NCBI RefSeq assembly: GCF_001194135.2 | Contig: NC_068992.1 | Coordinates: 31,553,567-31,587,442 of the forward strand | Length of the DNA stretch: 33,876 bases | Source: Octopus bimaculoides | Lineage: Eukaryota | Direction: 5' to 3' | In this document: in pieces, positions 22,150-33,876 of the stretch | How the letters are laid out: each line of letters opens with the position of its first letter | Position numbering within the stretch: the stretch's first letter is position 1 | Notes under the pieces: model-generated | The model's database searches: none | The model's input: only the letters and a program-made list of their open reading frames with translations | Told to the model about the DNA's origin: nothing | Translations under genes and position numbers: made by a program

Positions 22150-23897
22150 TATGTCACTCTGTGAGTACAGCATAGCAAATACAAGTGGGGTCATAAAACA
22201 TAGACGGATGAATGAACATGGATATATATATATAATATAACGCAGATGCAATGGCTACTCGAGCCCCACTCGCGAGTGGTTACATTTAACTGTTTTTAAT
22301 GTAATTACATGTTTATCTGTTTTTTTTTTTAATAATATAAAAATCGGCTTACATTTTTTTGAAGCCAGTTTATATATGGTGTTAATTCTTCATAGTCTAC
22401 GACTAGAGGTAGGGTATCATACTCCACCTCCAATCACAATAGGTCAATGTTCGAACCGAACAATTTCCTAAATTTAGCGTGTTTTTCCCAGTCTATTAAT
22501 ATGTGTTTGTGTTTTCTGTGTATTCTTCTGCCGGCAGTTTAACTCTAATCACCGATTTCAAGGTGGTGATTTTTCATTCAGTTGCCATGCGTTTAGTATA
22601 TGTCATTATATATGCTTTGAATTTAGGGGGCTTTTGCGAGATCGTGCGTTATGCCTGTCTGTGTTTATGTCTGCTTGGCGGTTTCATTTTTATTGGGTGT
22701 AACTGGTGGTGATGTATGCTGTGTGGGTGTACTTTGTGTATTGTGCGCTTGCAGCATAATCTCTTCTGTTTTGCTGTTCTTCCTCTTTTTTGTACTTTTA
22801 GTGAGTGTATTCACCGTTTCCTTTATTTTCCTCTTCGATACTTCGGCGACTCCCTCCTACTCTGTGTCTTCCATAATCACCTCCTGGGCTCGGGCTGGGG
22901 TTACCGTACTTCCACTTTGTTCTTCCTGGTTCTCTGTGGTTTCACCGCTTATCTTGGGACACTTTATTTTAATGCTCCCCTATTCCCCACTGTGGTAGCA
23001 CATGGATGGTCCTCCCTCTACCACCACTCTGAGCTTTGCTTCTTCAGGCAACAGCACCTCTTCTGCTATTTCAGTCATGTCTTGCTGGGTAGCCTGCATA
23101 AAACGTTTCTGGCCGTAATCCCAAGAATTCATTTTCCTCGTTCTTGTAATTTGAATTAGCTTCGCGTTCCCTTTGGTTCCGTACATCACGGCTACCACCA
23201 GCCATGCTTCTTCGATTTCAGGTGACACCCTGCCGATCCTAATTCTTGCAACTCTTTTGCCGCAATAGGTCTGCAGGAGCCCCAATTCTTGTCATCTCTG
23301 CAGCAGAGTAGAGTGATTTATTGTTTCTTCTTCGGTGGAAAACCTCACCTCCACTGTGCCATATCTTACCCTCTAGTATAGAATGTCGCACCTCTCTTCC
23401 CTTCTTCCATACATTTTTCAATAGCTTCCTCTGATGTCATCTCTATTTACTTATTGGTTATGGACAGCATTCTGAATACCACTATCCACCTTCTCATTCT
23501 GCTAGTTACTTCCTCTGGAGGGGGTCAACCTTAAACTTGACACCTCGTTCGGGTTCAGTTCCTTACAATTCTCGAGCTTCTGTCTTTCAATTTTCACTTC
23601 CCGCACCTCCAGCGCATTTGCCGCGGTGGTACGGGTTCCAGCCGCTGAAGCATAGCTTCCAGCGTGGGCTCGTTCCGATTCGCTATTAATTTTTGCCAAG
23701 TCTCTTCACCCCTAATTAGGGGAACGAAAAATAAAGAAAACAAATACACAGGCCCACAGGCAAAATGACAAAAATCGTCAACAAAATTCAAGAATAGGCA
23801 CCAAGCGTGCAACAATCAGATAGACAAGAATACTCAACGGAATCACAAGGATTTAAACAAAAGCGATTAACGCCTTCTCTACTACCAAAACGCTCGA
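22150..23897 (-). mobile_element. ORF1-only (HAL1-like) non-LTR element, copy A, decayed
   Basis: 5' UTR, then an ORF with SYAS, an RRM-like region (YGTVEVRFSTEEE...RIRIGRVSPEI), a degenerate knuckle CYHSGE*GSIKIKC (22959-23000), a low-complexity linker and a C-terminal domain, then a 3' UTR. No EN or RT. The left boundary is approximate. Confidence 0.7.
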
Positions 23898-25650
23898 TTT
23901 CTTTATTGGGCACCGAGGGCCCAACATAGATGAGACAGCACAAGGAAAAACAACACAAATTGAGGAAATAAAACATAAACGAATGAATGAAATAAATTAT
24001 ATAATTAATGCAGCTGGAATGGCTACCTGCACCCCTCTCTCGAGTAGTATCATTTACCTATTTTCCCTTCAATGTTTATCGATTTTAAATCAAATTAAAT
24101 GTTACATTATCGGATCATGTATTGTTTCAAGTTTTCATATAAGTAGAGAGTCATATCTCACCTCTGGTCCCAGTGGGTCTATGTCATGACCACAAATTCC
24201 TTTTAGTTTTTGTACCTGTCGATATTTATTATTATACAATTTATGTCTGTTGGGTAGTACTTTACAGGAATTTTAACTCTTACTGCCGATTTAATTTTTG
24301 AAATCTTTCTCTCGATGGCCGCACTCGTCACATAGGTCATTAAATATGCCCTATTTTTGTAACTGGCTTGAGGTGTTTGCGTGTCTGCTTGTGTTTTTTT
24401 TTTGTTTCTGGGTAGTTTGGGATGATTGTGTTTTTCTTGGGTGCTTGCGGCGATGAGGTAAACTGTATGAGTGTGTTTTCTATATTTGTATTTTGTTTGA
24501 TGGGTGCTTTGTGTTGTTTCATTCTTTTTCTTTTTGTTTGGGTACTTTGAAGGGGAATTTTTTTAGCTCCTTTCTCTCTCTGCTCTGCACCTCCTGGAAC
24601 TCTACGTCCATACTTTACACATTTGTTGCTTCTATGGCTTCCTCTGTCCTCTCGGCTTTGTTCCTGTTCGCGATCTGCTCTTCCTCCACTGGTATCTGAT
24701 TGTTTAATAGGAGACAGCTCACCTTTATGTGTTCCCTCGTTCTGCAGTGGTGGCAGGTGGGACGTCTCCCCTCCAGGCAGCTTCACTTCTTCAGGCAGCT
24801 CAATTTCCTCCACTATTTCTTCGAAGTCCTGTGGGGTTGCCTGGATTACAACTTCCAGGCCATAGCCCCAACAGTTCAATTGCTCTGTCTGACTCACTTG
24901 CATTATTTTTGGGTCCTCTTTTCTTCCCGTCAATATTGCTGCCAGCAACCACATCTCAGCTATCTCGGGGGATACCCTGCCAATCCTTATTCCCGCCACA
25001 CATTTACCGAGATCGGTTGGCAAGAATACCCATTCCTCCGTTCTCAATGCTGTAGTAGAGTGTTTTGTTGCTTCCTCTACACACAACGCTCTTCCACTAT
25101 GCCGGATCTATTTCCTCTATATAAAAATTGGATGTAATTCCTGATTACTTTCATGGTTTTTCACTTACCATCTCTATTTTCTTGCTCTTGACAGACAGGG
25201 TTCTGTAAACCACCATTTTCTTATTTTTCCTTTTTGTAACATCTTCACTGTGGGATCAACTTTAGCCGTGACTCCTCTCTCTGAATTAGATCCTCGCTTC
25301 TCTTCAGGATTTACAAATCCACCGCTACCTCTTCTGCTTCCAGCAGGTTAACGGTGGTTGTAACATTGTGGCGGCTTGCTACAGAAGCATAGCTTCTGTT
25401 TCAATTTGCTCGGGTGCTTCCAGCACTACCATAGTTTAGAAATATTTCCTTCCCTGAATAGGAGGGAAAACAAAACAACGCAAACAGTAAAACAGTTAGT
25501 CAACAATAGTTCATCAGTCTCAACAATATTCAAGCCTGCTATGTAGAACCTTCAACAAAAGATAATTTATCTGCAATGGCATCACAAGTGACCTAACAAG
25601 GAAAACTACCAAACAACTTTTCCTAACTTCTACCAACCTCTACTCTTTAT
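23898..25650 (-). mobile_element. ORF1-only (HAL1-like) non-LTR element, copy B, decayed
   Basis: Same architecture as copy A: RSYASV, GIRIGRVSPEIAEMWL, intact CX2CX4HX4C knuckle CHHCRTREHIKVSC (24714-24755), shared C-terminal domain and 3' UTR, ending AATAAAGAAAT near 23900. Confidence 0.72.
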
Positions 25651-25705
25651 AAGAGATCGGCTAATCCATTCCCCCAGGGGCGTCAATGTTTCTCATCACA
25701 GAAGG

Positions 25706-25805
25706 GTTAATAATATAAGTACCATCTGAAACCTGCGTTCGATGCAATCGGCTTTCTCCCTCCCCCAGAATTGACAGCGTCGTGTCAAAATTTCAAGCCA
25801 ATACA
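25706..25805 (+). mobile_element. Decayed SINE 3' half
   Basis: ataagtacc...gttcgatgcaatcggct..ccctccccca..aattg..gtgtcaaaatt resembles the 3' half of the SINE at 16545-16640. Confidence 0.5.
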
Positions 25806-25860
25806 GTCTATAACGCGTAATTTAGGTTTATATACAGATAACTATGCAAGATATGTATAT

Positions 25861-26024
25861 AGGCACAGGAGTGGATGTGTGGTAAGAAACTTGCTTACCA
25901 ATCACATGGTTCCGGGTTCATTCCCACTGCGTGGCACCTTCGGCAAATGTCTTCTACTATAGCCTCGGGCCAACCAAACCCTTGTGAGTGGATTTGGTAG
26001 ACGGAAATTGAAAGAAGCCCGCCG

Positions 26025-26072
<48 letters not shown>

Positions 26073-26290
26073 AGTGTGTATATGTTTGTGTGTCTATGTT
26101 TGTCCCCCCAACATCGCTTGACAACCGATTCTGGTGTGTTTCCGTTCCCGTAACTTAGCGGTTCGGCAAAAGAAACAGAAGGAATAAGTACTAGGCTAAC
26201 AAAGAATAAGTCCTGGCGTCGATTTGCTCGATTAAAGGCGGTGCTCCAGCATGGCCGCAGTCAAATGAATGAAACAAGTGTAAAAGTAAG
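25861..26290 (+). mobile_element. tRNA-derived SINE with internal (TA)n microsatellite
   Basis: Head with GTGGTAAG (A-like) and GGGTTCATTCCC (B-like) boxes, internal (TA)n ~26025-26068, 3' half ending ggcggtgctccagcatggccgcagtcaaatgaatgaaacaag. The 5' half is repeated at 13664-13822. Confidence 0.9.
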
Positions 26291-26863
26291 TTGAATAATT
26301 TCGAAATTTACGCATGCGTATCAGACAAATTTACTCGTACAAGCAGAAATATATAGATACATTGATACATATACATGCTCTCATTCTCAAAACTAATAAT
26401 ACACACATGCAGAGGTACAGGCCTATAGGGATCACTGAGTGGGTGTGATATGGAAGAAATATCACATTAATATCAGTATTACTATTATAATTATGCTCTT
26501 ATATTTCTTTCCAATCAGGATGTTATACAACCTAATAAAATATTCAAGACAATGCTTTAGGAAGCTAAAAAATTAAGCGTTTCAATTCGAGTCATAAAAT
26601 ATTGTCGAACATTATTACAAACTACAAACTTTTTTATTTTCTATGATATTATTGTTGATGTTTTGTAGGTTGTAGGCAGAAATATTTAGTGGTGTGTTGT
26701 TTTTCCGATGAGTAGTTCAGCCCATTTAGTAATTAGGATGCTAGGATTTTGCGTTTCCCAGTTAAATGTTTCAGCCAGAAATTTCAAATCTTGTGCCCTA
26801 GTGCTTTCCACTTGTATAATTTTTGCAGTATATGGGTTACGTTTTCCGTTATTATGAGTGTCG

Positions 26864-26865
<2 letters not shown>

Positions 26866-26915
<50 letters not shown>

Positions 26916-26918
26916 CCA
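26866..26918. repeat. (CAT)n microsatellite
   Basis: Direct repeats. Confidence 0.97.
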
Positions 26919-27224
26919 TCAGTTGCAGTAGTAACTGTACTATCATTATCATTATTTTTTCTTCTTCAGATAGATAGATAGAGAGAGGGGGGACAGCGTG
27001 AGGTGAGGGACAGCGTGGGGTGAAAATGGGGGTGGAGAGATGAGTGAAAGGATGATGGGAAGAGACACATGGAGTGAAAGTGAGAGAGTGTGAGAGCGAG
27101 GGAGATTAAGAGAGAGTGATTGGGATGGAGTGAGTAGTTCTTATCATTTTATTAAACCCATTATTAATCACATCGTTATTGCAATTAGTTTTACTGATTA
27201 CTACTCATCCCGGATTACTTCAAC

Positions 27225-27283
27225 ATTTCACACGCACACGCACACGCACACATACATACATACATATATACATACATGCATAC

Positions 27284-27315
<32 letters not shown>

Positions 27316-27360
27316 GTTCATATGATGATATCTCCACAATATGTTGATGATGAGGAAAAC

Positions 27361-27440
<80 letters not shown>
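27225..27440. repeat. (CA)/(TACA)/(TA)n compound microsatellite
   Basis: Direct repeats. Confidence 0.95.
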
Positions 27441-27442
<2 letters not shown>

Positions 27443-28649
27443 GCACGAATGCATCTATGAATCATTCATAAAATTTTTCGAGTGGAACTCCTACCTGTCA
27501 GAATATTTTAACAATTCATTAAATACAATTCAGGATTAGGAATCATTGAGCGAGAAATGGCAAACTCTCAATGTATATACAAAAATACACAATGTTTTGA
27601 TATAATTGCTTAAATGGCTGAGAAATGTTCAACTTAATTATAGCTGTCATATCAAATACACACATACACATATACACAAATGCACACACACACATACACA
27701 CATACATATGCATGTATGTATAGGTATATGTATATGTGTGTTGGTTGTTCGCGTCTGTCTGTGCGTTTAACCTTGTTAGCCTGCTTGGCATGCGGATGTA
27801 ACTTTGTGGATTATAAGATTTTGCATTAACTGAAATGAAAGCCATTCCATTTGTAATAATCATAATCGCATCGAATGAAATTTACTATTATAACGAAACA
27901 AGTTCTTCTTTCCAGGATTTCTCTCAAATGAATGTAACAAAAATGTAAAATTTGCGTAGGGCATGATAAGACCGATTAAAAACAAAGAATGGAAATATTT
28001 GTGTAGCTTCTCCCGCGCAAACTATGGGTACATAACTCTAACGTTCTAAACCATATAAATTTGACTCTAAGTTTCAAACAGAATGCGCCCTAGCCTAAAT
28101 ATCGGTGTATTCTACAAAAGACTACTAATATACATAAATAGATTTAAACATTTTCTGGAAAATCTTGCCATATCCAATGCATGTGTGCGTGTCTATTCCA
28201 TTTATCCGACAAGAGCAACAGTGGTTACAACAATGGCAACAACAGCAACGACCACCACGATGGCAGAAACATGGGCGAACAGAGAAACACAGTGAGTTAC
28301 ATGGACGGTACAAGAAATCAGGGTCAAGGGCAGCTGGAGCAGCAACAGAGAAGAGGACGGGGCGGAAGAGAGTGTCATAGTGCTACTTATAATAATGACA
28401 GACGCACACATGTACAAACATACACACAGACACAGACGCATTCGCACATAAGGATACACTTCATAGAAGCATATAATGGAATATGCTGAGCAAGAACACA
28501 CACGAAGACAGAAAGTGTCACTGGGGAGGTCACAGATGTGTGACGATAGATTTCTGGACAATGGGCATGAGTTAGAATAAGAACAGCGAAAAACGACTAA
28601 ATAGAGCATGTGTTTATTTGGCAAAAGAAAATAAATGGGCATCCTGAAA

Positions 28650-28789
28650 TACAACAATACACACACACCCTCACACACACAAACACACACTCACGCGCAC
28701 AAACGCACACACGCACACACGCGTACACACACATACGAACACATACACACACACACACAAACAAACACATACACACACACTCACACACA

Positions 28790-28821
<32 letters not shown>

Positions 28822-28822
28822 T
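28650..28822. repeat. (CA)n degenerate microsatellite
   Basis: Direct repeats. Confidence 0.95.
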
Positions 28823-29479
28823 GTTATGTGTTTGCAAGCTCTTGAAATGAACATTTGTCATACGCCACATTTCAAAGAGAATCTATCATTTTTCTGAATG
28901 TATACAGCTGATATCATCAAATTCAATGAAATATATTAAAATTCTCAGCTTGAGATAAATTAATATCTTCTACGATTATTTTTGTATCTAAAGGTGTATA
29001 ATGCAAAGAAAGATTGGAATTCGCAGAATTATATTCATAGAATTGCATTAATTAACGTTTTCTGATTTTTTCTTATTTCCTTAATAATAAATTTTTCCAA
29101 TCAATAATCTTTTATCAAATGACTTTCTTCAGACAAACAGAAAAATATTAAATATGTTTGATTAAATCTGATTCATTTTTCGAGTACTCGACCAAAGCGT
29201 TCTAGTATTGAATAGATATAACTCGCCAAGTTTACGTATTTGTATAACGGAGGCCGGTGGCTACGCCATGCTCATTTCCGGAATTAAATTTAAAAGCGGA
29301 GTACAATGAAATCTCCGGAGTTATTTTTTTTCTTACCTGTAGTGTAAGTTGGTATTGTATAAATGCTCATATATTTAGGATTAGACTGACAAAAACCGCA
29401 TTCAGTTCGAATTTTATATCTAAACTTGCAAACGCACCCGTTCTTTGGACGATTTAAGTTGCTTAGGTAGTATCTTTTT

Positions 29480-31439
29480 CAACTTTGTTCCAGGTGCTAC
29501 CTGAGCTCAGCGAGTTGTTAGCTCAGTGGTATCTCCCATGAAGTAAATTTGAAGTAATCGGTGTTCAACGTTGCTGACCGGAAGAATAGAACCTATCCGA
29601 TGATAGGTTTGGCTCTGGGCAAGAGACTTCCGGTGAACATTAAAGTGAAGTCTCATCATCCGATGGTTATTGTTATCTGCCAATCTCGAGTGCCCGATAA
29701 ATAACACTTTCTTCTATGGCTTCTGCGGCCCATGTGGCAGAAATGGATGCAGCTTTACGTTCCCCACAGATAGCACTCTTGTGTGGGGTTTCTGCAGATC
29801 TTGTCCCAGCAGCACATACTCGATAGGTTCCACGCTGCTCAGGAGTATTGCAGCTCTAGCAGCGGCAGCTCTTTGCAACAGTCTACAGGACCTCTGGTCC
29901 TCACTTTCCTTAGCCTGCTAGCGCTGCTGCCTTGCTGTTGTAGCAGACGCTCTGCTAATGCATGCTCTCTTTTTAAGTGACATTCATGTATTATGTGGAA
30001 AAGGAAAATGGGTCTTAGTGTACCAAGTGATTATCGATTCTATTATATGCTAACAGAAACCCCTTTATTCTGTCTTTCCACATAGCCTGTATATAAAGTA
30101 ACAGCGAATGCCGCATATAGTGAAATTGGTATGGAGCTTTCTGAAAGATATATACAACGTTCGCCAGTAGAAGCAAGACTCTTATTTAGAAGTTTATTCT
30201 TTGAGACGAATCACATGTGATTGTTTCAGAAAGGCTAGAAAGACAATGCTAAAACGTAGTTGAACAATGGACCACAGTCAAAATACCAAAATGGATGGGT
30301 GCATAAACATCCTTAAAGTGAAACAACGCATTGATAGGTAAACAAAGGTATTAACAAATAGAAGATAGGAATTGGAACATCACCTTTCAAGTAACTCAGA
30401 ACAGGTAAAAGTAAATTTTCGAAAGTTTAATGCAGCTTAAATATGGAGATTAAGATAGTTTGGTATTGGATATTCATCGCGTAAAGTGTTCCTAGTCATT
30501 TTAATCACAGTTGCAGGTGGACAATCGAAATAAATAAATCATCAAAATCCTTTCACTTTTATAATATTCTTTAACATAAACTCAAACAATACACAGCAAT
30601 AAACGCATAAAAATATATAGAAAGTAATAATACACAGTTACGACATATAAATGAATAAAAAGAATGTGAAAACAGCTAAAAAGTATTTTGTAATGCAACT
30701 ATATTACCGTATAGATTTAAAACGTATGGGAAACACTCGAAATAAATAGACAATTTCCCTTAACTTTTATAATATTCTCTAACCAAAATTATACACTCCA
30801 ATACACATATGAAAAATAAATAGAAAGTAATAATACATTACAACATATAAATAAATAATAAATCAGAAAATGTGATAACCTCTAAAAAAAATATTCTCTA
30901 ATGCCAATATAAGATCATATAAAAAAAAAAATGCAGAAGACCTTACATACAAAAAAATTAAGTACATACAACGAATTTGGTTAAATCTTTGAATAAAGAT
31001 AAATATTTATTTACATGACAGAAAATTACCGGAAACAACACGTGTTGTATTAAAAATAACAGCTAAATTAGTTTTTTCGATAAATCCTTTAAATTAACAT
31101 AAACATTTATTTGCAGGAAAACAAAATGACAACTTCCAAATAATGTTTCCTGACTGGGCCACTGCACAGGTGGACAGTCGAAATAAATGAATAGAGAAAA
31201 TCCTTTCACTTTTATAAAAAGATTTAAAAATGAATGAAGACTCTACATACAAAAATACTGTGTCCATTTACGTCCATTAACGTCCATTTACGCGGAAGGT
31301 CTGGTCAAAATGTTATAGTGCCTGACCATCCTTGGGACATAAGTAACGTGTGTGTAAAGTCTGGAGAAAATCGGCTGAGAATTGTGGAAATCCATGCTTT
31401 AGTCATTATACATACTGTCATTTATATATAAATACTAGA
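29480..31439 (-). mobile_element. Helitron 5' part: 5' terminus, subterminal repeats, RepHel N-terminal fragment
   Basis: ORF 29507..29707 contains QTYHRIGSILPVSNVEHRLLQIYFMGD (Helitron GQVYHRIGSLLP..FLQIYF). An Ala/Arg/Gln-rich repeat lies upstream (29720-29960). Candidate 5' end A|TCTAGTATTTATATATAAATG at 31440/31439, followed by ccgattttctccagactttacaca, typical of Helitron subtermini. Confidence 0.75.
30515..31250. repeat. Degenerate ~212 bp tandem repeat (2 clear units + partial)
   Basis: The anchor CGAAATAAAT recurs at 30526, 30738 and 31179, each followed by ccYttMacttttata; atagaaagtaataataca is shared by the first two units. Confidence 0.8.
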
Positions 31440-31489
31440 TTAATAGTAAGAAGATGAAGCTCTTCAATACTGAATAGACAGTACGGTTA

Positions 31490-31509
31490 TCATTAAGATC
31501 ATCATCATT

Positions 31510-31544
<35 letters not shown>

Positions 31545-31545
31545 A
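31490..31545. repeat. (CAT)n microsatellite
   Basis: Direct repeats. Confidence 0.95.
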
Positions 31546-32442
31546 AATAACCTCAAGGTTGATTGCGTGGTTATTTCAACGTCACCATCATTGTTTTTTT
31601 ATTTATTTTTCAGCAATGAAAAGTTATCCATCACAACTAGCTAGCAGTTTATATATAACAATTAAGATTAAAAGCAGTAACAATATTAAAACACCATTAC
31701 TACAGAGACGTAATAGTTATTCCCACTTAAACGTGGTTGTTCTGTTAGAATAAACTTTATCGTGGTAGCAAACACGAGAGAGAACGCTTGTTTATATCAC
31801 TAACGGAAAGATTAGTCCCCACCAACTCCAGCGCAGAGACCGTCGGTTCACGTGATTTCAACTTTCCTTGGTATCATCTGTGATGGATTTATATCCCCGA
31901 GCCCGATATGAGAGCTTCTGTCGTGGCATCTACCACACTGAATTTACTATAATAGAATACCCACGTTTAAGTGACAATACATATTACCTCACTGCCTCTG
32001 TCTCTGTGGTTAATATATATCATTACTAGAAAAATTCTTCCAATAATTTATATTATTTTGATATATATATATATATACATACAGTAATATGCATCGGAGA
32101 AAGGCAACACTCTTAGGCTGTTTTGCGATTATTGCACATGCTATAAATTCTTCCATTAAGTGATCGTCATTATTATCCTTCGCTCATGTATATTCTTATC
32201 AATTACTCAACTTATTTACACACTAATATCATAGGGTCATACAAGTCTAAAGTTGTCTTTCCCCCAATACATTTTATTGTTAGTGCCAGTTCCTTCCATT
32301 TAAACTACCTATTTTGATACTTTTGGATGGCATTTTTATATCGCATTTGTTTTCAAATTTACTATCGTATGATATTTAGAATGCTGAAATTACATATGTC
32401 TACATCATTTAACATGATACCGCAATATTACAAAATACTGCA

Positions 32443-32580
32443 AGGCGGTGAGCTGGCAGAAACGTTAGCACACCGGGCGAAAAGCTTAGTGGTATTTCCT
32501 CTGTCTTTGCTTTCTGAGTTCAAGTTCCGCCGAGGTCGTCTTTGCCTTTCATTTTTCCGGGATCAAGAAATTTATTACCA
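32443..32580 (+). mobile_element. 3'-truncated tRNA-derived SINE (family of 16423-16640)
   Basis: aggcggtgagctggcagaaacgttagcacaccgggcgaaa...ctgagttcaagttccgccgaggtc aligns with 16423-16550. Confidence 0.9.
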
Positions 32581-33555
32581 TATATATTATACATAGTAGC
32601 AATATATTATATATTTATTTGCTTTAAAGGCATTTGAAACCCTGGAAAAAAAGTTTCAAATTCCAACCTATTTTTCTCTTATAAGCAGCTAGCTATTCCC
32701 AGAAAATTAATTATATAATTGAATCTGTTTAACATAACATATTAATTTTCATTATGTTAACGGAAATTAAACAGTGCATATATATATATATATATATAAT
32801 AGTTTTGGTTCCAACAAAGCTAATAATGGTGACTTCAAAATTATGGAATATAAGATCTAGTATGAGCCAAGTTTGACATTTTGGATTCAATAATACATTG
32901 ATCGATGATGTTCTGACATTTTAAAAACAAAATTATAGAAATCACAACACAATTTCATGAATACAGTGGAAGTTTTACTCCGGATAGTATTTAATTGCAA
33001 AATATTATCTCCATTTCAAAAACTAGTCTTACATTTTAATAATGTATATATACTGTATCAACCATCAACCTCATAGATAAGGAAACTAATGTAATGCAGA
33101 AATACTTCAATGAAATTATAATTTTAGTCAACTGAAAAATATTCGTTTAATTATTCTTCGAATATAATAAGCAATTATTAAGATGAGGAATTTGACCAAC
33201 TTAAATGAAAGTATACATTTGTGAAGCAAATATGGCACGGGCATCATTCCCATTACGGTTACCTCAAGTTATGTGAATCTATACCTACGACAGGACCACT
33301 CATTCATACGCTGTGTAATGTCGATTTTACCGAATACATTCTCACGAACACTGTCACCATCACCACAAAAACGCGTACCAACACAACTAACAACTCCAAA
33401 CCTACCAAGCAAGTGGCGTGCATGTGAGTGGTGTGTGGAGCATCTCTGACACTAGTAAAAGAGCAATGAACAAAATCCCCATGAACCTCGTAATCCATCA
33501 AGTGACAGTAATCAAACTCCACCTGCACCTACGTTCTATAATTTCTATAATCTTT

Positions 33556-33876
33556 CGCGTCAATGGGCACCTACATTCGACATTGCACGTTCGGTCCGTC
33601 AGGGATGCCCCCTCTCGTCGCTCCTGTACGTATTGACTCTCGAGCCACTACTGCGGAAGCTGGCGACGCTGAGGGGCATCCCGCGAGAATTAGGATGCGG
33701 GACGAGTGTGTCGGTATACGCGGACGACGTCACCGTCATAGTGTCTAGCCAAAAGCACATCGAGCTTGTCGGCGAGACACTGAAAGACTACGAAACGGTA
33801 ACGGGAGCAAAAATCAACCGGGATAAGTCAGTGGGCTTACGGCTCGGCACCTGGAGAAGCAAGCCCATGCTGTCAA
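33556..33876 (+). mobile_element. L1/Tx1-clade LINE ORF2 RT domain, 5'-truncated, runs off the window
   Basis: VNGHL, then (frameshift) FDIARSVRQGCPLSSLLYVLTLEPLLRKL...YADD (33717-33728) VTVIVSS...GAKINRDKS...LGTW. The frame is open to the window end and is missed by the ORF track. Confidence 0.93.

Noticed and set aside
28165-28489. Gln/Thr/Asn-rich ORFs
   Set aside because: Derived from degenerate (CAA)n simple sequence.
29195-29260. Helitron 3' end (CTAG at 29202-29205)
   Set aside because: Only a weak 4 bp hairpin upstream, and the next base is not T; not accepted as a terminus.
1-33876. CRISPR arrays, rRNA, prokaryotic systems
   Set aside because: No repeat-spacer arrays or operon-like organisation; the sequence is eukaryotic repeat-rich DNA.

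Overview
AT-rich, repeat-saturated animal DNA. The SINE families and extreme microsatellite density suggest an octopus (inference, no database check). Three N-gaps all sit inside dinucleotide tracts. I could not support any intact host gene; most long ORFs in the supplied track are artefacts of N-runs or microsatellites. Content: (i) Penelope-like element (PLE) fragments of apparently three lineages (Poseidon-, Neptune- and Naiad-like) in the first 8 kb, several with internal inversions; (ii) two PLE-type minimal type I hammerhead ribozyme (HHR) motifs with full topology, plus one relic; (iii) a possible composite element, tRNA head + microsatellite + HHR tail, whose 3' end matches sequence abutting a PLE ORF; (iv) an internally deleted R4/Dong-type LINE; (v) tRNA-derived SINEs; (vi) Helitron 5' and 3' pieces and a mariner 3' end; (vii) a head-to-tail pair of diverged ~1.7 kb ORF1-only (HAL1-like) elements; (viii) an L1/Tx1-type RT running off the right edge. 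The best leads are the putative HHR-tailed SINE and the ORF1-only pair.
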